Positions 52,201 through 64,000 of a stretch of 64,000 nt of DNA are shown here, one piece after another. This DNA comes from Eledone cirrhosa (lineage: Eukaryota). The position numbers were made by a program, and so were the translations under genes. Every line of letters starts with the position of its first letter. Positions within the stretch are counted from its first letter, which is position 1. Location: NCBI GenBank assembly GCA_964016885.1, contig OZ024745.1, positions 91,512,001 through 91,576,000 on the forward strand. The letters run 5' to 3'. The notes beneath the pieces are model-generated. The model was given only the letters and a program-made list of their open reading frames with translations. It made no database searches and was not told where the DNA came from.

Positions 52201-55200
52201 TACTCTGCCTGAGTATCAAACAGCTCCACTAGATACAGTAAGTTAATTTACTCTGTCTGAGTATCAAATAGCTCCACTAGATACAGTAAGTTATATTACT
52301 CTGCCTGAGTATCAAACAGCTCCACTAGATACAGTAAGTTATATTACTCTGCCTGAGTATCAAACAGCTCCACTAGATACAGTAAGTTATATTACTCTGT
52401 CTGAGTATCAAACAGCTCCACTAGATACAGTAAGTTATATTACTCTGACTGAGTATCAAACAGCTCCACTAGATACAGTAAGTTATATTACTCTGTCTGA
52501 GTATCAAACACCTCCACTAGATACAGTAAGTTATATTACTCTGTCTGAGTATCAAACAGCTCCACTAGATACAGTAAGTTATATTACTCTGTCTGAGTAT
52601 CAAACAGCTCCACTAGATACAGTAAGTTATATTACTCTGTCTGAGTATCAAACAGCTCCACTAGATACAGTAAGTTATATTACTCTGTCTGAGTATCAAA
52701 CACCTCCACTAGATACAGTAGGTTATATTACTCTGTCTGAGTATCAAACAGCTCCACTAGATACAGTAAGTTATATTACTCTGTCTGAGTATCAAACAGC
52801 TCCACTAGGTACAGTAAGTTATATTACTCTGTCTGAGTATCAAACAGCTCCTTTAGATACAGTAAGTTATATTACTCTGCCTGAGTATCAAATAGCTCCA
52901 CTAGATACAGTAAGTTATATTACTCTGTCTGAGTATCAAACAGCTCCCCTAGATACAGTAAGTTATATTACTCTGTCTGAGTATCAAACATCTCCCCTAG
53001 ATACAGTAAGTTATATTACTCTGCCTGAGTATCAAACAACTCCACTAGATACAGTAAGTTATATTACTCTGCCTGAGTATCAAACAGCTCCACTAGATAC
53101 AGTAAGTTATATTACTCTGCCTGAGTATCAAACAGCTCCACTAGATACAGTAAGTTATATTACTCTGTCTGAGTATCAAACAGCTCCACTAGATACAGTA
53201 AGTTATATTACTCTGACTGAGTATCAAACAGCTCCACTAGATACAGTAAGTTATATTACTCTGCCTGAGTATCAAACAGCTCCACTAGATACAGTAAGTT
53301 AATTTACTCTGTCTGATTATCAAATAGCTCCACTAGATACAGTAAGTTATATTACTCTGTCTGAGTATCAAACAGCTCCACTAGGTACAGTAAGTTATAT
53401 TACTCTGTCTGAGTATCAAACAGCTCCTTTAGATACATTAAGTTATATTACTCTGCCTGAGTATCAAATAGCTCCACTAGATACAGTAAGTTATATTACT
53501 CTGCCTGAGTATCAAACAGCTCCACTAGGTACAGTAAGTTATGTTACTCTGCCTGAGTATCAAACAGCTCCACTAGATGCAGTAAGTTATATTACTCTGT
53601 CTGAGTATCAAACAGCTCCACTAGATACAGTAAGTTATATTACTCTGTCTGAGTATCAAACAGCTCCACTAGATACAGTAAGTTATATTACTCTGTCTGA
53701 GTATCAAACAGCTCCACTAGATACAGTAAGTTATATTACTCTGCCTGAGTATCAAACAGCTCCACTAGATACAGTAAGTTATATTACTCTGCCTGAGTAT
53801 CAAATAGCTTCACTAGATACAGTAAGTTATATTACACTGCCTGAGTATCAAACAGCTCCACTAGGTACAGTAAGTTATATTACTCTGCCTGAGTATCAAA
53901 TAGCTTCACTAGATACAGTAAGTTATATTACACTGCCTGAGTATCAAACAGCTCCACTAGGTACAGTAAGTTATATTACTCTGCCTGAGTATCAAACAGT
54001 TCCACTAGATGCAGTAAGTTATATTACTCTGCCTGAGTATCAAACAACTCCACTAGATACAGTAAGTTATATTACTCTGCCTGAGTATCAAACAGCTCCA
54101 CTAGATACAGTAAGTTATATTACTCTGTCTGAGTATCAAACAGCTCCACTAGATACAGTAAGTTATATTACTCTGTCTGAGTATCAAACAGCTCCACTAG
54201 ATACAGTAAGTTATATTACTCTGACTGAGTATCAAACAGCTCCACTAGATACAGTAAGTTATATTACTCTGCCTGAGTATCAAACAGCTCCACTAGATAC
54301 AGTAAGTTAATTTACTCTGTCTGAGTATCAAACAGCTCCACTAGATACAGTAAGTTATATTACTCTGTCTGAGTATCAAACAGCTCCACTAGATACAGTA
54401 ACTTATATTACTCTGCCTGAGTATCAAACAGCTCCACTAGATACAGTAAGTTATATTACTCTGCCTGAGTATCAAACAGCTCCACTAGATACAGTAAGTT
54501 ATATTACTCTGTCTGAGTATCAAACAGCTCCACTAGATACAGTAAGTTATATTACTCTGCCTGAGTATCAAACAGCTCCACTAGGTACAGTAAGTTATGT
54601 TACTCTGCCTGAGTATCAAACAGCTCCACTAGATGCAGTAAGTTATATTACTCTGTCTGAGTATCAAACAGCTCCACTAGATACAGTAAGTTATATTACT
54701 CTGTCTGAGTATCAAACAGCTCCACTAGATACAGTAAGTTATATTACTCTGTCTGAGTATCAAACAGCTCCACTAGATACAGTAAGTTATATTACTCTGT
54801 CTGAGTATCAAACAGCTCCACTAGATACAGTAAGTTATATTACTCTGTCTGAGTATCAAACACCTCCACTAGATACAGTAAGTTATATTACTCTGTCTGA
54901 GTATCAAACAGCTCCACTAGATACAGTAAGTTATATTACTCTGACTGAGTATCAAACAGCTCCACTAGATACAGTAAGTTATATTACTCTGCCTGAGTAT
55001 CAAACAGCTCCACTAGATACAGTAAGTTAATTTACTCTGTCTGAGTATCAAATAGCTCCACTAGATACAGTAAGTTATATTACTCTGCCTGAGTATCAAA
55101 CAGCTCCACTAGATACAGTAAGTTATATTATTCTGCCTGAGTATCAAACAGCTCCACTAGATACAGTAAGTTATATTACTCTGACTGAGTATCAAACAGC

Positions 55201-58200
55201 TCCACTAGATACAGTAAGTTATATTACTCTGCCTGAGTATCAAACAGCTCCACTAGATACAGTAAGTTAATTTACTCTGTCTGAGTATCAAATAGCTCTA
55301 CTAGATACAGTAAGTTATATTACTCTGTCTGAGTATCAAACAGCTCCACTAGATACAGTAAGTTATATTACTCTGTCTGAGTATCAAACAGCTCCACTAG
55401 ATACAGTAAGTTATATTACTCTGTCTGAGTATCAAACAGCTCCTTTAGATACAGTAAGTTATATTACTCTGCCTGAGTATCAAATAGCTCCACTAGATAC
55501 AGTAAGTTATATTACTCTGCCTGAGTATCAAACAGCTCCTCTAGGTACAGTAAGTTATATTACTCTGTCTGAGTATCAAACAGCTCCACTAGATACAGTA
55601 AGTTATATTACTCTGTCTGAGTATCAAACAGCTCCACTACATACAGTAAGTTATATTACTCTGCCTGAGTATCAAACAGCTCCACTAGATACAGTAAGTT
55701 ATATTACTCTGAGTATCAAACAGCTCCACTAGATACAGTAAGTTATATTACTCTGCCTGAGTATCAAACAGCTCCACTAGATACAGTAAGTTATATTACT
55801 CTGCCTGAGTATCAAACAGCTCCACTAGATACAGTAAGTTATATTACTCTGTCTGAGTATCAAACAGCTCCACTAGATACAGTAAGTTATATTACTCTGC
55901 CTGAGTATCAAACAGCTCCACTAGATACAGTAAGTTATATTACTCTGTCTGAGTATCAAACAGCTCCCCTAGATACAGTAAGTTATATTACTCTGTCTGA
56001 GTATCAAACATCTCCCCTAGATGCAGTAAGTTATATTACTCTGCCTGAGTATCAAACAACTCCACTAGATACAGTAAGTTATATTACTCTGCCTGAGTAT
56101 CAAACAGCTCCACTAGATACAGTAAGTTATATTACTCTGCCTGAGTATCAAACAGCTCCACTAGATACAGTAAGTTATATTACTCTGTCTGAGTATCAAA
56201 CAGCTCCACTAGATACAGTAAGTTATATTACTCTGACTGAGTATCAAACAGCTCCACTAGATACAGTAAGTTATATTACTCTGCCTGAGTATCAAACAGC
56301 TCCACTAGATACAGTAAGTTAATTTACTCTGTCTGAGTATCAAATAGCTCCACTAGATACAGTAAGTTATATTACTCTGTCTGAGTATCAAACAGCTCCT
56401 TTAGATACAGTCAGTTATATTACTCTGCCTGAGTATCAAATAGCTCCACTAGATACAGTAAGTTATATTACTCTGCCTGAGTATCAAACAGCTCCACTAG
56501 GTACAGTAAGTTATGTTACTCTGCCTGAGTATCAAACAGCTCCACTAGATGCAGTAAGTTATATTACTCTGTCTGAGTATCAAACAGCTCCACTAGATAC
56601 AGTAAGTTATATTACTCTGCCTGAGTATCAAACAGCTCCACTAGATACAGTAAGTTATATTACTCTGCCTGAGTATCAAACAGCTCCACTAGATACAGTA
56701 AGTTATATTACTCTGTCTGAGTATCAAACAGCTCCACTAGATACAGTAAGTTATATTACTCTGACTGAGTATCAAACAGCTCCACTAGATACAGTAAGTT
56801 ATATTACTCTGCCTGAGTATCAAACAGCTCCACTAGATACAGTAAGTTAATTTACTCTGTCTGAGTATCAAACAGCTCCACTAGGTACAGTAAGTTATAT
56901 TACTCTGTCTGAGTATCAAACAGCTCCTTTAGATACAGTCAGTTATATTACTCTGCCTGAGTATCAAATAGCTCCACTAGATACAGTAAGTTATATTACT
57001 CTGCCTGAGTATCAAACAGCTCCACTAGGTACAGTAAGTTATGTTACTCTGCCTGAGTATCAAACAGCTCCACTAGATGCAGTAAGTTATATTACTCTGT
57101 CTGAGTATCAAACAGCTCCACTAGATACAGTAAGTTATGTTACTCTGCCTGAGTATCAAACAGCTCCACTAGATGCAGTAAGTTATATTACTCTGTCTGA
57201 GTATCAAACAGCTCCACTAGATACAGTAAGTTATATTACTCTGTCTGAGTATCAAACAGCTCCACTAGATACAGTAAGTTATATTACTCTGTCTGAGTAT
57301 CAAACAGCTCCACTAGATACAGTAAGTTATAGTACTCTGCCTGAGTATCAAACAGCTCCACTAGATACAGTAAGTTATATTACTCTGCCTGAGTATCAAA
57401 TAGCTTCACTAGATACAGTAAGTTATATTACACTGCCTGAGTATCAAACAGCTCCACTAGGTACAGTAAGTTATATTACTCTGCCTGAGTATCAAATAGC
57501 TTCACTAGATACAGTAAGTTATATTACACTGCCTGAGTATCAAACAGCTCCACTAGGTACAGTAAGTTATATTACTCTGCCTGAGTATCAAACAGTTCCA
57601 CTAGATGCAGTAAGTTATATTACTCTGCCTGAGTATCAAACAACTCCACTAGATACAGTAAGTTATATTACTCTGCCTGAGTATCAAACAGCTCCACTAG
57701 ATACAGTAAGTTATATTACTCTGTCTGAGTATCAAACAGCTCCACTAGATACAGTAAGTTATATTACTCTGTCTGAGTATCAAACAGCTCCACTAGATAC
57801 AGTAAGTTATATTACTCTGACTGAGTATCAAACAGCTCCACTAGATACAGTAAGTTATATTACTCTGCCTGAGTATCAAACAGCTCCACTAGATACAGTA
57901 AGTTAATTTACTCTGTCTGAGTATCAAACAGCTCCACTAGATACAGTAAGTTATATTACTCTGTCTGAGTATCAAACAGCTCCACTAGATACAGTAAGTT
58001 ATATTACTCTGCCTGAGTATCAAACAGCTCCACTAGATACAGTAAGTTATATTACTCTGCCTGAGTATCAAACAGCTCCACTAGATACAGTAAGTTATAT
58101 TACTCTGTCTGAGTATCAAACAGCTCCACTAGATACAGTAAGTTATATTACTCTGCCTGAGTATCAAACAGCTCCACTAGGTACAGTAAGTTATGTTACT

Positions 58201-61200
58201 CTGCCTGAGTATCAAACAGCTCCACTAGATGCAGTAAGTTATATTACTCTGTCTGAGTATCAAACAGCTCCACTAGATACAGTAAGTTATATTACTCTGT
58301 CTGAGTATCAAACAGCTCCACTAGATACAGTAAGTTATATTACTCTGTCTGAGTATCAAACAGCTCCACTAGATACAGTAAGTTATATTACTCTGTCTGA
58401 GTATCAAACAGCTCCACTAGATACAGTAAGTTATATTACTCTGTCTGAGTATCAAACACCTCCACTAGATACAGTAAGTTATATTACTCTGTCTGAGTAG
58501 CAAACAGCTCCACTAGATACAGTAAGTTATATTACTCTGACTGAGTATCAAACAGCTCCACTAGATACAGTAAGTTATATTACTCTGCCTGAGTATCAAA
58601 CAGCTCCACTAGATACAGTAAGTTAATTTACTCTGTCTGAGTATGAAATAGCTCCACTAGATACAGTAAGTTATATTACTCTGCCTGAGTATCAAACAGC
58701 TCCACTAGATACAGTAAGTTATATTATTCTGCCTGAGTATCAAACAGCTCCACTAGATACAGTAAGTTATATTACTCTGTCTGAGTATCAAACAGCTCCA
58801 CTAGATACAGTAAGTTATATTACTCTGACTGAGTATCAAACAGCTCCACTAGATACAGTAAGTTATATTACTCTGCCTGAGTATCAAACAGCTCCACTAG
58901 ATACAGTAAGTTAATTTACTCTGTCTGAGTATCAAATAGCTCTACTAGATACAGTAAGTTATATTACTCTGTCTGAGTATCAAACAGCTCCACTAGATAC
59001 AGTAAGTTATATTACTCTGTCTGAGTATCAAACAGCTCCACTAGATACAGTAAGTTATATTACTCTGTCTGAGTATCAAACAGCTCCTTTAGATACAGTA
59101 AGTTATATTACTCTGCCTGAGTATCAAATAGCTCCACTAGATACAGTAAGTTATATTACTCTGCCTGAGTATCAAACAGCTCCTCTAGGTACAGTAAGTT
59201 ATGTTACTCTGCCTGAGTATCAAACAGCTCCACTAGATACAGTAAGTTATATTACTCTGTCTGAGTATCAAACAGCTCCACTACATACAGTAAGTTATAT
59301 TACTCTGCCTGAGTATCAAACAGCTCCACTAGATACAGTAAGTTATATTACTCTGAGTATCAAACAGCTCCACTAGATACAGTAAGTTATATTACTCTGC
59401 CTGAGTATCAAACAGCTCCACTAGATACAGTAAGTTATATTACTCTGCCTGAGTATCAAACAGCTCCACTAGATACAGTAAGTTATATTACTCTGTCTGA
59501 GTATCAAACAGCTCCACTAGATACAGTAAGTTATATTACTCTGCCTGAGTATCAAACAGCTCCACTAGATACAGTAAGTTATATTACTCTGTCTGAGTAT
59601 CAAACAGCTCCCCTAGATACAGTAAGTTATATTACTCTGTCTGAGTATCAAACAGCTCCCCTAGATACATTAAGTTATATTACTCTGTCTGAGTATCAAA
59701 CATCTCCCCTAGATGCAGTAAGTTATATTACTCTGCCTGAGTATCAAACAGCTCCACTAGATACAGTAAGTTATATTACTCTGCCTGAGTATCAAACAGC
59801 TCCACTAGATACAGTAAGTTATATTACTCTGCCTGAGTATCAAACAGCTCCACTAGATACAGTAAGTTATATTACTCTGTCTGAGTATCAAACAGCTCCA
59901 CTAGATACAGTAAGTTATATTACTCTGACTGAGTATCAAACAGCTCCACTAGATACAGTAAGTTATATTACTCTGCCTGAGTATCAAACAGCTCCACTAG
60001 ATACAGTAAGTTAATTTACTCTGTCTGAGTATCAAATAGCTCCACTAGATACAGTAAGTTATGTTACTCTGTCTGAGTATCAAACAGCTCCTTTAGATAC
60101 AGTCAGTTATATTACTCTGCCTGAGTATCAAATAGCTCCACTAGATACAGTAAGTTATATTACTCTGCCTGAGTATCAAACAGCTCCACTAGGTACAGTA
60201 AGTTATGTTACTCTGCCTGAGTATCAAACAGCTCCACTAGATGCAGTAAGTTATATTACTCTGTCTGAGTATCAAACAGCTCCACTAGATACAGTAAGTT
60301 ATATTACTCTGCCTGAGTATCAAACAGCTCCACTAGATACAGTAAGTTATATTACTCTGCCTGAGTATCAAACAGCTCCACTAGATACAGTAAGTTATAT
60401 TACTCTGTCTGAGTATCAAACAGCTCCACTAGATACAGTAAGTTATATTACTCTGACTGAGTATCAAACAGCTCCACTAGATACAGTAAGTTATATTACT
60501 CTGCCTGAGTATCAAACAGCTCCACTAGATACAGTAAGTTAATTTACTCTGTCTGAGTATCAAACAGCTCCACTAGGTACAGTAAGTTATATTACTCTGT
60601 CTGAGTATCAAACAGCTCCTTTAGATACAGTCAGTTATATTACTCTGCCTGAGTATCAAATAGCTCCACTAGATACAGTAAGTTATATTACTCTGCCTGA
60701 GTATCAAACAGCTCCACTAGGTACAGTAAGTTATGTTACTCTGCCTGAGTATCAAACAGCTCCACTAGATGCAGTAAGTTATATTACTCTGTCTGAGTAT
60801 CAAACAGCTCCACTAGATACAGTAAGTTATATTACTCTGTCTCAGTATCAAACAGCTCCACTAGATACAGTAAGTTATATTACTCTGTCTGAGTATCAAA
60901 CAGCTCCACTAGATACAGTAAGTTATATTACTCTGCCTGAGTATCAAACAGCTCCACTAGATACAGTAAGTTATATTACTCTGTCTGAGTATCAAACAGC
61001 TCCACTACATACAGTAAGTTATATTACTCTGCCTGAGTATCAAACGGCTCCACAAGATACAGTAAGTTATATTACTCTGCCTGAGTATCAAACAGCTCCA
61101 CTAGATACAGTAAGTTATATTACTCTGTCTGAGTATCAAACAGCTCCACTAGATACAGTAAGTTATATTACTCTGCCTGAGTATCAAACAGCTCCACTAG

Positions 61201-64000
61201 ATACAGTAAGTTATATTACTCTGCCTGAGTATCAAACAGCTCCACTAGATACAGTAAGTTATATTACTCTGTCTGAGTATCAAACAGCTCCACTAGATAC
61301 AGTAAGTTATATTACTCTGCCTGAGTATCAAACAGCTCCACTAGATACAGTAAGTTATATTACTCTGTCTGAGTATCAAACAGCTCCACTAGATACAGTA
61401 AGTTATATTACTCTGTCTGAGTATCAAACACCTCCACTAGATACAGTAAGTTATATTACTCTGTCTGAGTATCAAACAGCTCCACTAGATACAGTAAGTT
61501 ATATTACTCTGTCTGAGTATCAAACAGCTCCACTAGATACAGTAAGTTATATTACTCTGTCTGAGTATCAAACAGCTCCACTAGATACAGTAAGTTATAT
61601 TACTCTGTCTGAGTATCAAACACCTCCACTAGATACAGTAAGTTATATTTCTCTGTCTGAGTATCAAACAGCTCCACTAGATACAGTAAGTTATATTACT
61701 CTGTCTGAGTATCAAACAGCTCCACTAGATACAGTAAGTTATATTACTCTGTCTGAGTATCAAACAGCTCCACTAGATACAGTAAGTTATATTACTCTGT
61801 CTGAGTATCAAACAGCTCCACTAGATACAGTAAGTTATATTACTCTGTCTGAGTATCAAACACCTCCACTAGATACAGTAAGTTATATTACTCTGTCTGA
61901 GTATCAAACAGCTCCACTAGATACAGTAAGTTATATTACTCTGTCTGAGTATCAAACAGCTCCACTAGATACAGTAAGTTATATTACTCTGTCTGAGTAT
62001 CAAACAGCTCCACTAGATACAGTAAGTTATATTACTCTGTCTGAGTATCAAACAGCTCCACTAGATACAGTAAGTTATATTACTCTGCCTGAGTATCAAA
62101 CAGCTCCACTAGATACAGTAAGTTATATTACTCTGCCTGAGTATCAAACAGCTCCACTAGATACAGTAAGTTATATTACTCTGAGTATCAAACAGCTCAA
62201 CTAGATACAGTAAGTTATATTACTCTGCCTGAGTATCAAACAGCTCCACTAGATACAGTAAGTTATATTACTCTGCCTGAGTATCAAACAGCTCCACTAG
62301 ATACAGTAAGTTATATTACTCTGTCTGAGTATCAAACAGCTCCACTAGATACAGTAAGTTATATTACTCTGCCTGAGCATCAAACAGCTCCACTAGATAC
62401 AGTAAGTTATATTACTCTGTCTGAGTATCAAACAGCTCCCCTACATACAGTAAGTTATATTACTCTGTCTGAGTATCAAACATCTCCCCTAGATACAGTA
62501 AGTTATATTACTCTGCCTGAGTACCAGACAGCTCCACTAGATACAGTAAGTTATATTACTCTGTCTGAGTATCAAACAGCTCCACTAGATACAGTAAGTT
62601 ATATTACTCTGTCTGAGTATCAAACACCTCCACTAGATACAGTAAGTTATATTACTCTGTCTGAGTATCAAACAGCTCCACTAGATACAGTAAGTTATAT
62701 TACTCTGTCTGAGTATCAAACAGCTCCACTAGATACAGTAAGTTATATTACTCTGTCTGAGTATCAAACAGCTCCACTAGATACAGTAAGTTATATTACT
62801 CTGTCTGAGTATCAAACACCTCCACTAGATACAGTAAGTTATATTACTCTGTCTGAGTATCAAACAGCTCCACTAGATACAGTAAGTTATATTACTCTGT
62901 CTGAGTATCAAACAGCTCCACTAGATACAGTAAGTTATATTACTCTGTCTGAGTATCAAACAGCTCCCCTAGATACAGTAAGTTATATTACTCTGTCTGA
63001 GTATCAAACATCTCCCCTAGATACAGTAAGTTATATTACTCTGCCTGAGTATCAAACAGCTCCACTAGATACAGTAAGTTATATTATTCTGTCTGAGTAT
63101 CAAACAGCTCCACTACATACAGTAAGTTATATTACTCTGTCTGAGTATCAAACACCTCCACTAGATACAGTAAGTTATATTACTCTGTCTGAGTATCAAA
63201 CAGCTCCACTAGATACAGTAAGTTATATTACTCTGTCTGAGTATCAAACACCTCCACTAGATACAGTAAGTTATATTACTCTGTCTGAGTATCAAACAGC
63301 TCCACTAGATACAGTAAGTTATATTACTCTGTCTGAGTATCAAACAGCTCCACTAGATACAGTAAGTTATATTACTCTGTCTGAGTATCAAACAGCTCCA
63401 CTAGATACAGTAAGTTATATTACTCTGTCTGAGTATCAAACAGCTCCACTAGATACAGTAAGTTATATTACTCTGTCTGAGTATCAAACAGCTCCACTAG
63501 ATACAGTAAGTTATATTACTCTGTCTGAGTATCAAACAGCTCCACTAGATACAGTAAGTTATATTACTCTGTCTGAGTATCAAACAGCTCCACTAGATAC
63601 AGTAAGTTATATTACTCTGTGTGAGTATCAAACACCTCCACTAGATACAGTAAGTTATATTACTCTGTCTGAGTATCAAACAGCTCCACTAGATACAGTA
63701 AGTTATATTACTCTGTCTGAGTATCAAACAGCTCCACTAGATACAGTAAGTTATATTACTCTGTCTGAGTATCAAACAGCTCCACTAGATACAGTAAGTT
63801 ATATTACTCTGTCTGAGTATCAAACAGCTCCACTAGATACAGTAAGTTATATTACTCTGCCTGAGTATCAAACAGCTCCACTAGATACAGTAAGTTATAT
63901 TACTCCGCCTGAGTATCAAACAGCTCCACTAGATACAGTAAGTTATATTACTCTGTCTGAGTATCAAACAGCTCCACTAGATACAGTAAGTTATATTACT
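22274..64000 (+). repeat. 48-bp tandem satellite array, ~870 units, with higher-order structure; extends past the window end
   Basis: Consensus TTATATTACTCTG(C/T)CTGAGTATCAAACAGCTCCACTAGATACAGTAAG. 41,727 bp / 48 = ~869 units. There are rare 46-bp and 44-bp units. Confidence 0.99.

Noticed and set aside
22274-64000. CRISPR-like array
   Set aside because: There are no unique spacers and no cas genes. The units are contiguous in a eukaryotic intron context.

Overview
AT-rich eukaryotic (metazoan) genomic DNA. The SINE/RTE repeat landscape resembles octopod cephalopods (inference). The first ~22 kb holds the 5' part of a CDC48-family AAA+ ATPase gene most similar to SPATA5L1/AFG2B on the + strand: a probable non-coding first exon ending at 8177, then coding exons 12776-13873 and 17803-18003. 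It sits among tRNA-derived SINEs, TTAA (piggyBac-type) and hAT MITEs, decayed RTE LINE fragments and Penelope-like palindromic/pseudo-LTR repeats with hammerhead-ribozyme-like motifs. The dominant feature is a >41.7 kb, ~870-copy 48-bp tandem array. Its monomer is the last 43 nt of the second coding exon plus the start of its 5' splice site, so nearly every unit carries an in-frame ACA|GTAAGT donor. A near full-length but disabled RTE LINE (18077-22273) splits the third monomer and separates the exon from the bulk of the array. The array has multi-kb higher-order repeat structure and runs off the window end. Its long ORFs are judged to be artefacts of the repeat. Three short (53-78 bp) locally templated copy-ins are also visible.
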